From positions 64,001 to 128,000 of the IMG/VR virus record IMGVR_UViG_3300028596_000009: a DNA stretch of 64,000 nucleotides. The stretch is one strand, 5' to 3'. The DNA comes from a virus. Below, in pieces: positions 36,264-46,559 of this stretch; position 1 is the first letter of the stretch; the number at the start of each line of letters is the position of its first letter. The notes beneath the pieces were generated by a model. That model made no database searches, was not told the origin of the DNA, and was given only the letters and a program-made list of their open reading frames with translations. The translations under genes were made by a program, and so were the position numbers.

Positions 36264-36829
36264 CCTACCCGAAGCTGCTGAAGGCCATCTGCGGCTACAT
36301 GGGCTGGACTCTCCAGCACGGGCCACCGACCCGTACGCGTGTCGTCATGCCGCCGGACTACAACATCCGTATCGTGCTGCCGAAGGTGCCGCGCAGCGAC
36401 CCGTTCTACGCCCTGGACAAGGCGGTCCGCGACAGCCTGCTGGAGATACTCGACGGCTACGAGCACAAGAACGCCACACCGTTCTCCCAGAAGTCGTACC
36501 GCTCGCTGCTGACCGGCTTCCAGTCGATGTACGTGGAGCAGGTCCAGGCCCGTCACCACGCGGAGCGCCAGCGGCACGGTTCCCCGGAAGAGGAGAAGGC
36601 TGTGGAGACGGACGACAGCGACCTGGAGAAGGTCCTGATGAGCAGGGTGGAGCTGAAGACGCCCGGCAGCCTGGAGGAGGCCAGGGACTTCCTGGAGAAG
36701 CTTCTGGTGCCCGGCATCACGGCACAGGGCAGGAGTCCTCACGAGGCCCGCACCGAGGCGATGAACCTGCTCGGCGCGTTCCAGCGCATGGCGTACCTGA
36801 AGGGCCTCGCCGAGGGTCGTGGCGAGTAG
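36260..36829 (+). CDS. Hypothetical protein
   Basis: GTGA overlap. Confidence 0.7.
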   Translation: MTYPKLLKAICGYMGWTLQHGPPTRTRVVMPPDYNIRIVLPKVPRSDPFYALDKAVRDSLLEILDGYEHKNATPFSQKSYRSLLTGFQSMYVEQVQARHHAERQRHGSPEEEKAVETDDSDLEKVLMSRVELKTPGSLEEARDFLEKLLVPGITAQGRSPHEARTEAMNLLGAFQRMAYLKGLAEGRGE

Positions 36830-36900
36830 GCTCATCGACGGTCATGCGACCCGGCCCCCGTACCGAACCCCATCCGGTGCGGGGGCCTCGCCGTGTCCGG

Positions 36901-38052
36901 CTACGAGGCGATGTCCCAGGCGTGTTCCACGGGGCTGTCGTCGAGGTCGTCCTTGAGCTTGGCGATCTGGGCCTGGAGCTTGCGCTTGTCGTTGCCGAGG
37001 GTCATCGGTCCGTGTCCGTGCCACTGGATCTGTCCGGTGCCGGGCGGCATGACGTAGCCCAGCTCGTCGCACTCCAGGCAGTCGGCGATGAACAGCTTCT
37101 GCTGGGCGTGCTGGATCTCCAGCCGGTCGACCTGCTCCTGGAGTTCCTTCACAGCGGTGTCTTCCTGGCCCTCCACGGGGGCCGTGAACGCCTCGGAGGT
37201 CTCCAGTGGGGAATCTTCCAGAACCTGCGCCACGAGGCTCGCAGGGTAGCGCGCAGCCTTCCAGTCGGGGATCCGCTCCTTGACGAGGTCGCGGACCATC
37301 TCCTCGGTCCACCCCTTCGCCGCCATCATGCTGAGCCGGGCGATGATCCGCTTGCGGTTCTTGATGCCCACGGCGACCTTCGACGGCCACGGCACAGCGT
37401 CGAGAAGCCGCTCGGCCATGAGCAGGTCGTCACTCGTGATCTCGATGTTCTCGTCGTCCTGCCCCGCAGGGGCTTCCCTGTCCTCCTCATCCTCCTGCGG
37501 GCCGACCGAGGAGGGAGGAGGAGGAGTTCTAGTTATGGCTTCTTCTAGTTCCTGCACACCATGCTGTGCGTCCGGATGCACACCAGACTGTGCGTCCGGA
37601 CGCACACTAGACAGTGCATCCGGGCTGACCTGCGGGTTTGCATCAGGTTCGCTGTTCAGGACGTACCAGTCGCCAGTCGAGACCACGCCTTCGTACCCGG
37701 GTGGCGGAAGCTCATGGACCACGTACACGTTGCGCCTGCGGGTGTTGTTGTCCCCGTAGCGGTGGATCCGTATCTCGGCCAGGCCGAGCGGAACGAGTTC
37801 GGTGTTGATGACCTTGCTGATGCTGTTCCTGTGCACCCCGGCCATGTCGGCGAGGTTGTCCTGGGATGGCCACGCCAGGGTGTCTCCGCGCGAGGCGTTC
37901 AGGTGGGAGAGGAGAAGTGCGTATACGCGCAGCCCGAGATGGGACAAACCCTCCAGGTGCAGCACCCAGTGAGGGATCGGAGTGAACGGCACGCGACGGC
38001 CGCCTCGGACTTCCGCCCCCGTAGCGGGGTCGACACTGAGCCCATTGGTCAC
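36901..38052 (-). CDS. Winged-HTH replication initiator (RepA/lambda O-like)
   Basis: FTPIPHWVL...LS...LRVYALL...AWPSQDNLADMAGVHRNSISK...NVY; AGGAGG RBS before GTG 38052; internal iterons. Confidence 0.8.
   Translation of the reverse strand: MTNGLSVDPATGAEVRGGRRVPFTPIPHWVLHLEGLSHLGLRVYALLLSHLNASRGDTLAWPSQDNLADMAGVHRNSISKVINTELVPLGLAEIRIHRYGDNNTRRRNVYVVHELPPPGYEGVVSTGDWYVLNSEPDANPQVSPDALSSVRPDAQSGVHPDAQHGVQELEEAITRTPPPPSSVGPQEDEEDREAPAGQDDENIEITSDDLLMAERLLDAVPWPSKVAVGIKNRKRIIARLSMMAAKGWTEEMVRDLVKERIPDWKAARYPASLVAQVLEDSPLETSEAFTAPVEGQEDTAVKELQEQVDRLEIQHAQQKLFIADCLECDELGYVMPPGTGQIQWHGHGPMTLGNDKRKLQAQIAKLKDDLDDSPVEHAWDIAS
37525..37624. repeat. Putative origin: three 24-bp iterons plus AT-rich stretch
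   Basis: TGCACACCATGCTGTGCGTCCGGA / TGCACACCAGACTGTGCGTCCGGA / CGCACACTAGACAGTGCATCCGGG at 37553, 37577, 37601; AGTTCTAGTTATGGCTTCTTCTAGTT adjacent. Confidence 0.8.
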
Positions 38053-38388
38053 TACAGCCTCCTGCGAACCAGGCGGGAGTGACAAGCGTCCGGTCACACT
38101 CGTATGGTGTGATTGGGATGGATGCGGTTCTGGCTGGCTTGTCACTACCGCAAATCTTGGCGACAAGGGGCCGTGACGGGCCCCTTTCGCATGTCTACGG
38201 CCTGACTCTACTCTCGTCGGCCCGCGCCAGGGGGATCATCCTCGGCCTCCTACTCCAGTCTGTCGCAGGGGTGTTGCTCCCCCTCCTGGGCTGGCTGTGC
38301 GTGTACCGCTTTCTTCGGCTTTGCGCCAGTATTCCCGTGCGAGATCATCGATGTGACACGCATCACACGGGCAGACACTTTCTTACCC

Positions 38389-38406
38389 TTGGCGGTCATG
38401 TAATGT
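38389..38406 (+). promoter_or_regulatory. Operator-like motif overlapping -10 box
   Basis: TTGGCGGTCATGTAA overlapping TAATGT. Confidence 0.55.
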
Positions 38407-38430
38407 TGGGTCCACGGAAAGGGGAACACC

Positions 38431-39156
38431 ATGAACCGCAAGATCTTCGCCGGTGACCGGTACGAGAACGTCGCCACCGGCGCCGTCGTCCAGGTCACCG
38501 CGCACAGCACCACCAGCCGAGTCGAGGTCGCCACCGTCAACGCGGCAGGCGCCCTCGTCAACAAGCGGACCATCGGTGCCAACGACCTGCACGAGGACGC
38601 CAAGACCAAGCAGGGCAACCCGCGCAAGTCCGGCTACGTCCGCATCGACGCCCTCGTGGCGGCCAAGAAGAAGGAGGAGCGCATCATCGACGCCGACCAG
38701 GACATCGACTACGACCAGCTCGACACCGGGCAGCTCGTCAAGTTCATCGCCCAGCGCGAGGCCCAGGCCAAGCTGCTCAAGGAGCAGGCCGAGGCCGCCA
38801 AGACCGTCCTGCGGGCGCGTGTCACCGAGCGCGGCACCCGGGTCTACGGCGACATCGCCGTCAACGCGGCGGCCAACTCCAAGTTCGACCCCAAGCTCGC
38901 CCTGCGCAACCTGACCCCCGAGCAGTACCGGTCGATCTGCGTCCTCAAGCCCGACGGCACCCAGGCCAAGAAGCTCCTCGGCGAGGAGAGCGCCGCCTAC
39001 CAGTCCACCCTCGCCAAGGGCGACTGGCGCCTGACGGTCCGCCTCGCCACCGACGAGGATCGCGAGGCCGAGCTGATGGCCCAGAAGGCGCACGACGTCG
39101 CCACCTTCGTTCCCGGATCCACCCTGAACGAGGACGGGGAGGTGCCGTTCGGATGA
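38431..39156 (+). CDS. Hypothetical protein (very strong codon bias)
   Basis: GGAAAGGGGA RBS; coiled-coil centre; ends EVPFG. Confidence 0.85.
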   Translation: MNRKIFAGDRYENVATGAVVQVTAHSTTSRVEVATVNAAGALVNKRTIGANDLHEDAKTKQGNPRKSGYVRIDALVAAKKKEERIIDADQDIDYDQLDTGQLVKFIAQREAQAKLLKEQAEAAKTVLRARVTERGTRVYGDIAVNAAANSKFDPKLALRNLTPEQYRSICVLKPDGTQAKKLLGEESAAYQSTLAKGDWRLTVRLATDEDREAELMAQKAHDVATFVPGSTLNEDGEVPFG

Positions 39157-40219
39157 GCCGGATACCTCCGAAGACCGGCGGCCACGCCCGGAACCACTGG
39201 AGGGCGGCTGAGAAGACCCGGGACGGCGAGGGCGAGTGGGTGCGGGTGTTCGACTGCCCCACCCTGAACGCCGCCCGGACGATGGCCCGGAACATCCGGT
39301 ACGGCACGTTCGCCGCCTGGCAGCCGGAAGGCGAGTTCGACGCGAAGTTCCAACTGGGTGAACTGGACTATGAGGTCCACGCCCGCAAGATCTGAAGGGC
39401 CCACGCCGGGTGGAAGCAGCGCCCTGTTCAGGGAAAAGCTCACCACCCGGCCTCCATGGAAAGGGGAGAGGCATGTTCGAGAAGCACCGGAAGCGCAAGG
39501 CGGAACGGGCAGTCATCGAAGCCGAGACGTTCGTCGACAGCGTGACCGAGAAGTACTACAAGATCCTCGCCAGCGAGGGGATCGAGGCGGCCAATGCGTA
39601 CTTTGCCGACATGGATCCCATGGTGAAGGCCGTCATCGAGCGGGCCCGCCGTAAGAGTTCCGGCTGATGACCTCCCCGTACAAGGCGGACGACATCTGCT
39701 TCTACTGTTCGCACACCTTCGCGGAACACACCCTGATCGTCCAAACCTGCGCCGCCTGTGCCGAACTCCAGGACGGAATGCCCCGGCTCCCCGGTCACGA
39801 AGAGCGGTGCATCCGATTCCGCAAGACTGACTTCTGCGGTGAATGCAGCGCTCGGATCGCCTGGGACTCCTGGCTGAATGAGTACCACCATGCCGAACCG
39901 GCGCTGGACGACGACCACATGCCGTACCGGAGGAGGAAGTCCCGTGTGTAGTGCGTGCGAGCCGGACGGACTGCGGGGTCAGCGGGCGACCGACGAGGCC
40001 AGGGAGATACACGATCTGGCGTTCTTCTGGGTGAGCGAGGGGTGGTTCGAGTACGACGTCGAGTGGGATCCGCAGCTCGGAATCCACGAGATCACCGTTC
40101 AGCTCCCCGACGACCCGAACGAGCTGCTCATGACTCCGTGCCAGTTCGACACCTTCATCTTCGGAATGAAGGTCGCGCTCGACAAGCTGCGGACCGACGA
40201 CGGCGGCGCCAGTGTGTGA
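39153..40219 (+). other. Run of small hypothetical CDS (39153-39395, 39473-39667, 39667-39951, one ending 40219)
   Basis: Coupled ORFs. Confidence 0.6.
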
Positions 40220-40445
40220 CTCCTGCCGCGAGTTCTACAACGGAGCCCCGGGACTGATGGGCAGTACGGAGGTCGCCGAGACCCTGAAGGTCTCCAGGTC
40301 GCGGGTCACCGAACTGGTCCGGTCCAACCGCGATTTCCCCAGGCCACTGGTGGTTCTGAGGGCGGGTCCCGTCTTCTGTGGCGTCGAGATCCACGAGTTC
40401 CTGCGCACCTGGACTCGCAAGTCTGGCCCGAAACCCAAGAAATGA
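40212..40445 (+). CDS. AlpA-like HTH protein
   Basis: LMGSTEVAETLKVSRSRV..L....DFP.P...L.AGPVF. Confidence 0.8.
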   Translation: MCDSCREFYNGAPGLMGSTEVAETLKVSRSRVTELVRSNRDFPRPLVVLRAGPVFCGVEIHEFLRTWTRKSGPKPKK

Positions 40446-40462
40446 ACGAGGAGAAAAACGAC

Positions 40463-41335
40463 ATGAATGACGGCAGGGGCAGGGCGATGAGTACCACCGA
40501 AACCGAGAAGAAGATCATCATCTCGGTCGATCCGAGCCTTTCGCCCGAGGTGCAGGAAGAGCTGCGCAAGACCATCGAAAAGGGGTTCAAGGGCGCGGGC
40601 GGCTACTTCAGCGTCGAGGGGACCATGCTGGGAATGAGCTTCGGCATCTGCTCCGGCGGCCTTCTGTCGCTCGTCACTGAGGTGCCGTCGTCCATCGGAT
40701 ACACGATGGTTCTCGGCATGATCGGAGGCAACCTGGTCAGGGTCGCCATCCCCGGAGTCCGCAGGAAGATCAAGGTCGGCAACGCTGCCTGGGTCGCGTA
40801 CCGCGCCAACGAGTGGCGGACCTCCGACATCGGCTGGGAGGAAGGCGAGAAGCTGATCCAGCGGGCCTCCGAGTCGATCGAGTGGATCACCGGGTCCCTG
40901 GTGCACAGGGACGGCCAGATCGACACCGTGCACAACAACGTGGTCCTCCCGCGTCAGCTCTGGGACCTGATGGGCGACCTCACCGAACTTCAGAAGCACC
41001 GTGAGAACCGTCCGGTCGAAGGCAGCCCGCTCGCCGAGACCCACGACAAGGTCATCGGACAGATCAAGGTCAACTGCGAGCGTCGTGTCCTGGCCCTGGA
41101 GACCTACGCCCGGCAGGTCATGAGCGCCGACAAGCGGTACGCCGAGCTGGTGTCCGTCGAGATGCTGGAGTCGAAGTCTTCCAGCCTCATGGACCTGCTG
41201 GCCCGGACCTCCATCGTCGACCGTGACGTGTCGGAGCTGAACGGCCTGACCGCCGAGGCCACGCACCTCGTCGAGTCGTACCGCACCGCGCTGGCCGCCG
41301 CCCGTGAGGCCGGTCTCGCGCTGACTTCGGCCTGA
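40463..41335 (+). CDS. Two-TM membrane protein with coiled-coil C-terminus
   Basis: GAGGAG RBS, hydrophobic hairpin. Confidence 0.75.
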   Translation: MNDGRGRAMSTTETEKKIIISVDPSLSPEVQEELRKTIEKGFKGAGGYFSVEGTMLGMSFGICSGGLLSLVTEVPSSIGYTMVLGMIGGNLVRVAIPGVRRKIKVGNAAWVAYRANEWRTSDIGWEEGEKLIQRASESIEWITGSLVHRDGQIDTVHNNVVLPRQLWDLMGDLTELQKHRENRPVEGSPLAETHDKVIGQIKVNCERRVLALETYARQVMSADKRYAELVSVEMLESKSSSLMDLLARTSIVDRDVSELNGLTAEATHLVESYRTALAAAREAGLALTSA

Positions 41336-41393
41336 AGCACCCTTCGCCGGACGGTGAACCAGTAGCCGTCCGGCCCCTCGGAAAGGAGAACTG

Positions 41394-42234
41394 ATGGGAT
41401 TCGCCAACCGGTTCATCAGCACCCACACCAGGTGCCTGGCCGTCGACCGCGACGAGGAGGGCCGCATGCTGATGTGTGGCCGGTCCTACGGACACGACGA
41501 CCCGAAGGCGAAGAAGACGCCGACCGACCACTACGACCCGAGCGCCGAGGTGACCTGGGTGTCGGAGCGGGCGGAGCGGGCCCGGCGCAAGAAGGAGAAG
41601 AGCGCGTGAAGTACTACTTGCGCCAGCTGCACGAGATGAACGGAACGCTGCACACCTACAGCGGAGAGCCCGGCTCGGTCACTGGCGACCCGCACGATCT
41701 GTTCCCGAAGCAGGTGCGGAAGATGTGGCGTAAGTGGGACGCGCGGGACGTGGAGCTGGGATTCAAGCCGACCCCGCACACCAAGACGGGCCTCGCCTAC
41801 GGCATCTGGGCTCTTCCGGACAGCACCTGGTCCGTGGCCGAGGCGGCTGCCTGGGCCGAGAAGAACCCGGGCTTGATGGAGCTGTACGTCATTCTGTACA
41901 GCAGTTGGAAGCCGACCAGGCTCGCCGTGCACCCGGACAACCCGGTCGTGTTCGACAAGCCGCTCATCCCGTTCGAGGAGTAGACATGGGTCACCAGTGG
42001 CAGGACGTCGGCCGGGGCATATTGTTCCGCACCCGCAACGTCAACATCACCGAGCCGTACCGGGAAGCGCTCGGCGTCAAGGAAAAGCTGAACGGCATGG
42101 CTGCGTACTGCGACGGGGACGGGTGCGAGATCGCCCCCTGCGGTACGTACATGATCCACAAGACCGGCTGCGCCGCCATGTACAACCCGCGCACCGACGG
42201 CGGGACCGGCATGCAGGACGAGGAGTGCGGATGA
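41394..42234 (+). other. Three hypothetical CDS (41394-41609, 41606-41983, 41986-42234)
   Basis: RBS, coupling. Confidence 0.7.
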
Positions 42235-43014
42235 GCAAGGTCTGCGCCTTCCTGCACTTCAGGTCCAGCAAGATCGTCGCCAACGTGACGCTCTACCAGG
42301 TGCCGCGTATCGGTGAGCGGATGAGTTACTTCGAGTACCCCGGCGAGAAAGATGCGGTCAGGGGAACTGTCACTGACGTCGAGTGGATCAGCAGCCCGCT
42401 TGGGGCCCTGAGCCAGACCGTCCGCGTCTACATCAGCGACACTATCGAGGAGGTACCGGCGTGATCCGGGCCATGGTCGACATTCACTATGTGGAGTCGC
42501 TCAAGCCGTCCTCGGTGATCCTCTGCTTCGAAGCCCTGCCCCGGGTCGGCGAATGCCTGGAGGTGGACCTGGAGACGCTCGGCATCACCGACTTCGCCGA
42601 GATCGACAAGCTGGGTATCGGGTGGAGTCTGAACGGCAGGCGCGGCCTGTCCCTGACGGTCCGGAGCATCTACTGGCAGCCGGACAATTCGGGCGAGAAC
42701 GGGCCGGTGATGCTTCCCGTCCTCAACGTCGAGTCCTGGCAGTCGAAGGAGCGCACGTGATCACCGCCGAGCTGAAGCTTCACCGCCGGTTCATCAAGGG
42801 TGTCGAGCTGAACTTCCCCGGCGTGCCGGAGGTCGGTCAGTTCGTCACCCTCCACGACGGCCTGGTCAACGAGAAGACCCGGGACCTCGTCATGAACGGC
42901 GCCCCCATCGACTCCCAGACCATCTTCCAGATCACCCGCGTCGAGTGGACCGCCGAACGGCTTCACGCCCCGGCCCGCATGGTCGTACACATGGACCACA
43001 AGGGCGGCGTGTAG
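42231..43014 (+). other. Three tandem paralogous CDS (42231-42464, 42461-42760, 42757-43014)
   Basis: VPRIGE/LPRVGE/VPEVGQ and VTDVEW/VRSIYW/ITRVEW. Confidence 0.7.
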
Positions 43015-43265
43015 TGGAGCTGTGGAGCTGGACCCTGATGGGCATCGGCATCACCGGCCTCTACCTGGCCGGACGCAAGAGCGCCTGGGGGTGGGCCATC
43101 GGATTCGGCGTCCAGCCCCTGTGGGTCGCCTACGCGATGGCCACCGAGCAGTACGGCTTCATTGTCGGAGCCATCGCCTACGGTGCGGTCAACGCCCGCA
43201 ACTTCCTCCGCTGGAAGAGGGAGGAGAAGCAGGAGAAGAGCAGGGCGGTCGAGAAGGCCGCCTGA
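43014..43265 (+). CDS. PnuC-like small three-TM membrane protein
   Basis: G..GLYLAGRK..WGW.IG...Q.LW.AYA..T.QYGF...N...W. Confidence 0.65.
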   Translation: MELWSWTLMGIGITGLYLAGRKSAWGWAIGFGVQPLWVAYAMATEQYGFIVGAIAYGAVNARNFLRWKREEKQEKSRAVEKAA

Positions 43266-43285
43266 ACCACTGGAAAGGAGAAGAC

Positions 43286-44159
43286 GTGAAGCATGGACAG
43301 GAGAGGCGCAAGCAGCCTCTCACCCTGCCTCACCAGGAGGACTTGTCCTCCGACTCCGAAAGGTCCGCTGCGCAGTCCTTCAAGGACAGGATCACGGAGT
43401 ACAACGCCATCCTCGCCACCGGCGACACCGAGGCCGCCGAGGTCTACGCCTGGGAGACCCGGTGGGTGTCCCGTAACGAGTATCGCGGGGCGAGGGGATG
43501 ACCATCATGCGAGACGAGATCGAGCACATAGCCGAAGTCGATCAGTGTGTCGGCTCCTGCTTCACCTGCTGCCCGGGTACTGAGAGGTTCTGGTACCAGT
43601 ACATCGACGAGGCGCTCGGCTGCATCGACGAGCAGGAATCGGTCGCCGAGATCCGCAACAAGGCTGTCGACGACGGTGCGCCGTTCACCATAATCGGCAT
43701 GCTCGACGGCCTGCTGCGAACCCTCCGGGTCTGTGACTGCCGCACCGAGATCTGCTGGTGCGACGTCAGCCCCCAGGACCCGTGGTCGAAGGTCCATCTG
43801 TACAGCCAGGCGGACATCGACTTCACCAACGCCTACCTGAAGACGATGGCCGAGCACATGGCCGCCCAGCTCGACGTCGCCATGCCGGACTACGAGGTGT
43901 CCTTCACCGAACGCCCCGGCACCGGCAACATCTGCTGGTGCGGCCAGACCGTCAGCGCCGCCGACATCGAAGCCCTCGACGCCCACTCCTACTGTTCGCC
44001 GGAGCAGTGATGACCAAGAACCCCCAGGAACTGTGCGACCGGTGCAGCCACCCGGTCGGCATGCACACCGGAGTCGCGGGCCCGTTCACCCGGGCCTGCC
44101 TGAAGGAGATCGGACGCGGCATCTGCTGCGCCTGCAAGGGTCCCCGCAGCAAGTCCTGA
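43286..44159 (+). other. Three hypothetical CDS (43286-43501, 43498-44010, 44010-44159)
   Basis: Coupled ORFs, Cys-rich. Confidence 0.65.
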
Positions 44160-44237
44160 CGAGACCCTGACCCCGAGAACCATCGGACCGCCCGGCACAC
44201 AGTCGGGCGGTCCACCCATAAGGAAACGGAGAAGGAC

Positions 44238-44963
44238 ATGAAGAAGAGCACGGCGAAGAAGTCCACGGTCGTCATATCCATGCTGGGCGCCCTGCTGATG
44301 ACGGCGGCCCCGGCCCAGGCTCTGACGCCCGGACAGGTGAGCAGCGGTACCGGCTGGACGCTCGGCTACTCCGACCAGGTCACCTCGATCGCCCCGGTGA
44401 CCTACACGATCACCTTCGACTCGGTCGCCGCCCGCACCCGCCTCAAGCCGTACATGCAGGCCATCGCCACCCACACGCAGACCCTGACGCCGGGCACGAC
44501 GTTCGTCGTCTCGGACACCATCGCCCCGCAGACGTACCCCGGCTGCCAGACCACGCGGACCATCTCGCTGTCCCTGTCGTACCGGCCGACCGGCCAGGCG
44601 GGCATGGCGTGGGGCGGCGCCTGCTACATGCTCAGCGACCACAGCCTGCACTCCGGCCTCATGCGCATCAACACCGAGTGGTGGTACCCGAACTGGTTCT
44701 CGTCCAACGCCACCACGAACGAGCAGTGGATCAAGAACGCGGTCATCCACGAGTTCGGCCACGCCATCGGCCTCGGCCACCCGAACAAGGATCTCGACAA
44801 GGACGGTGTCGTCGAGGCCCACGAGTGCGTGAAGAACACCGACGGCTGGCTCCCCGTCCTGTGCTCCCCGAACGGCGGCAGCCGCAACGCGAACGCGGGC
44901 AAGTGGACGTTCCTGGAGCAGGCGGGCGTGAAGATGCTGACCACCAACTACCAGTACCGCTGA
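44238..44963 (+). CDS. Secreted zinc metalloprotease (metzincin)
   Basis: Signal peptide ending PAQA; HEFGHAIGLGH. Confidence 0.88.
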   Translation: MKKSTAKKSTVVISMLGALLMTAAPAQALTPGQVSSGTGWTLGYSDQVTSIAPVTYTITFDSVAARTRLKPYMQAIATHTQTLTPGTTFVVSDTIAPQTYPGCQTTRTISLSLSYRPTGQAGMAWGGACYMLSDHSLHSGLMRINTEWWYPNWFSSNATTNEQWIKNAVIHEFGHAIGLGHPNKDLDKDGVVEAHECVKNTDGWLPVLCSPNGGSRNANAGKWTFLEQAGVKMLTTNYQYR

Positions 44964-45091
44964 CCGCATCGGCCTCACGGACGCTCCGTGAGGTACGGTC
45001 GGATCCAGATCTGCACCCCCAGATCTCCTCGTCGAACGGCCCGGCCCCCGACCTGCCGGGCCGTTCGCATGTCCAGGGATAGGAGCCGAGG

Positions 45092-45823
45092 ATGTCCGTC
45101 GTCGTTCTTGTGCCGTGGTCCGGCCGGTGTCCGCATCGTGAGGCTGCCTGGGAGTGGGTGGCCCGGTGGTACACGGAATCCCACCCTGCCTGGAAGGTGG
45201 TCCGTGGCGAGATCTCCGGTCCGTGGAGCAAGGCGACCGCCGTGGCCGAGGCGCTGAAGCAGACCGATGCCGACATCCTGGTCATCGCTGACGGGGACTG
45301 CGTGGCGCCGGACGTCGGCAAGGCCGTGTTCCATGTGGAGACGGGAACGAAGCGCTGGGCGATCCCGCATCTTCGGGTCCACAGGCTGTCCCAGGAGGCC
45401 ACGGACAGGGTTCTGGCGGGTGAACTCCCGCAGGACGTGGTGCAGACCCTGGACGACTACGACCAGCCTCCCTACCGGGGCATGGCGGGCGGCGGCATCA
45501 CGGTGCTGCGGCGCGAGACCTACCTCGAAGCCCCCATGGACCACCGGTTCGTCGGCTGGGGGCAGGAGGACCAGGCGTGGGCAATCGCCCTGAAGTGCCT
45601 CTTCGGCAACCCCTGGAGGTCCCAGGAGGGCCCACTGTGGCACATGTGGCATCCGCCGCAGGAGCGCATGTCCCGGGAGAAGGGATCGCTTCCTTCGTGG
45701 GATCTCTACAGCTCGTACCGCCGGGTCGCGGCGAACCGGACGAAGATGGCCGAGCTGCTCGATGAGCCCCGCAGGGTGGCCGGACAGGGCCCCGTGAACC
45801 CCGCCCGGCCAGTCACACCCTAG
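45092..45823 (+). CDS. Glycosyltransferase (GT-A fold, GT2/GT7-like)
   Basis: VVVLVPW, IADGD, MDHRFVGWGQED, HMWH. Confidence 0.88.
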   Translation: MSVVVLVPWSGRCPHREAAWEWVARWYTESHPAWKVVRGEISGPWSKATAVAEALKQTDADILVIADGDCVAPDVGKAVFHVETGTKRWAIPHLRVHRLSQEATDRVLAGELPQDVVQTLDDYDQPPYRGMAGGGITVLRRETYLEAPMDHRFVGWGQEDQAWAIALKCLFGNPWRSQEGPLWHMWHPPQERMSREKGSLPSWDLYSSYRRVAANRTKMAELLDEPRRVAGQGPVNPARPVTP

Positions 45824-46383
45824 GACCCGGCAGGGAAGGGCACGACCACCTGGTAGCTGAAGTTACGTGCCGCGTTGTCGGCGTCCTGGACCAGCATGTC
45901 GAAGATGCCGCCCTCGCCGTACTCGTAGAAGGACTGGGTGACGCCGTCGCCCGGGTTGGTGCCGTTGGGGGAGCCGTCGCCGAAGGTGATGTTCACCGGC
46001 CCGTTGCCCTTGTTGTCGACGGTGATGAACGCCCGGCGGGATCCCGGCACATCGGTGGTGACCTCGACCTCCATGGGCGAGGTCGGGTCGACGGCCAGAT
46101 CCGCCGCCTCGACAGTGATGTGGGTGTCGGTGAACTTCACCTTGGACACCTTGCCGTAGAAGACCTCGCGGCCCGAGCGGTCCATGAGGGAGAGGAACTC
46201 CCGGCCGGGCCAGGAGCGGGAGACCAGGACGTAGGACTCGGCGTCCTCGCCCAGGGTGCGGCGGCACCACGAGACGCAGGCCGTCCAGGTGTTGTCGCCG
46301 AGGCCGACGGCGAGCGACGAGGGCTTCGCCTCGATCTTGGCAGGTATGCCACCTTCTGCGGTGATGTGCACCGTGTACGGCAT
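45820..46383 (-). CDS. Protein with C-terminal PKD/Ig-like domain
   Basis: ITFGDGS...YEY...G.F...V; AAGGAG RBS. Confidence 0.65.
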   Translation of the reverse strand: MPYTVHITAEGGIPAKIEAKPSSLAVGLGDNTWTACVSWCRRTLGEDAESYVLVSRSWPGREFLSLMDRSGREVFYGKVSKVKFTDTHITVEAADLAVDPTSPMEVEVTTDVPGSRRAFITVDNKGNGPVNITFGDGSPNGTNPGDGVTQSFYEYGEGGIFDMLVQDADNAARNFSYQVVVPFPAGS

Positions 46384-46559
46384 ACGGAACTCCTTCGTTT
46401 GACTGTGTGTCACCTTCCAGGGTGCCTCACAGGATCCGATAAGCAACGGGCTCGTTTGTGCGGTTCTGACGAAGCGTCGGGCGGTTGCCACGAAGGTCCA
46501 GACTGTCGGACGAAACGGTTATCCGGGTGCTGTCAGTGCTCGCATGTACGGTTCCTGAC

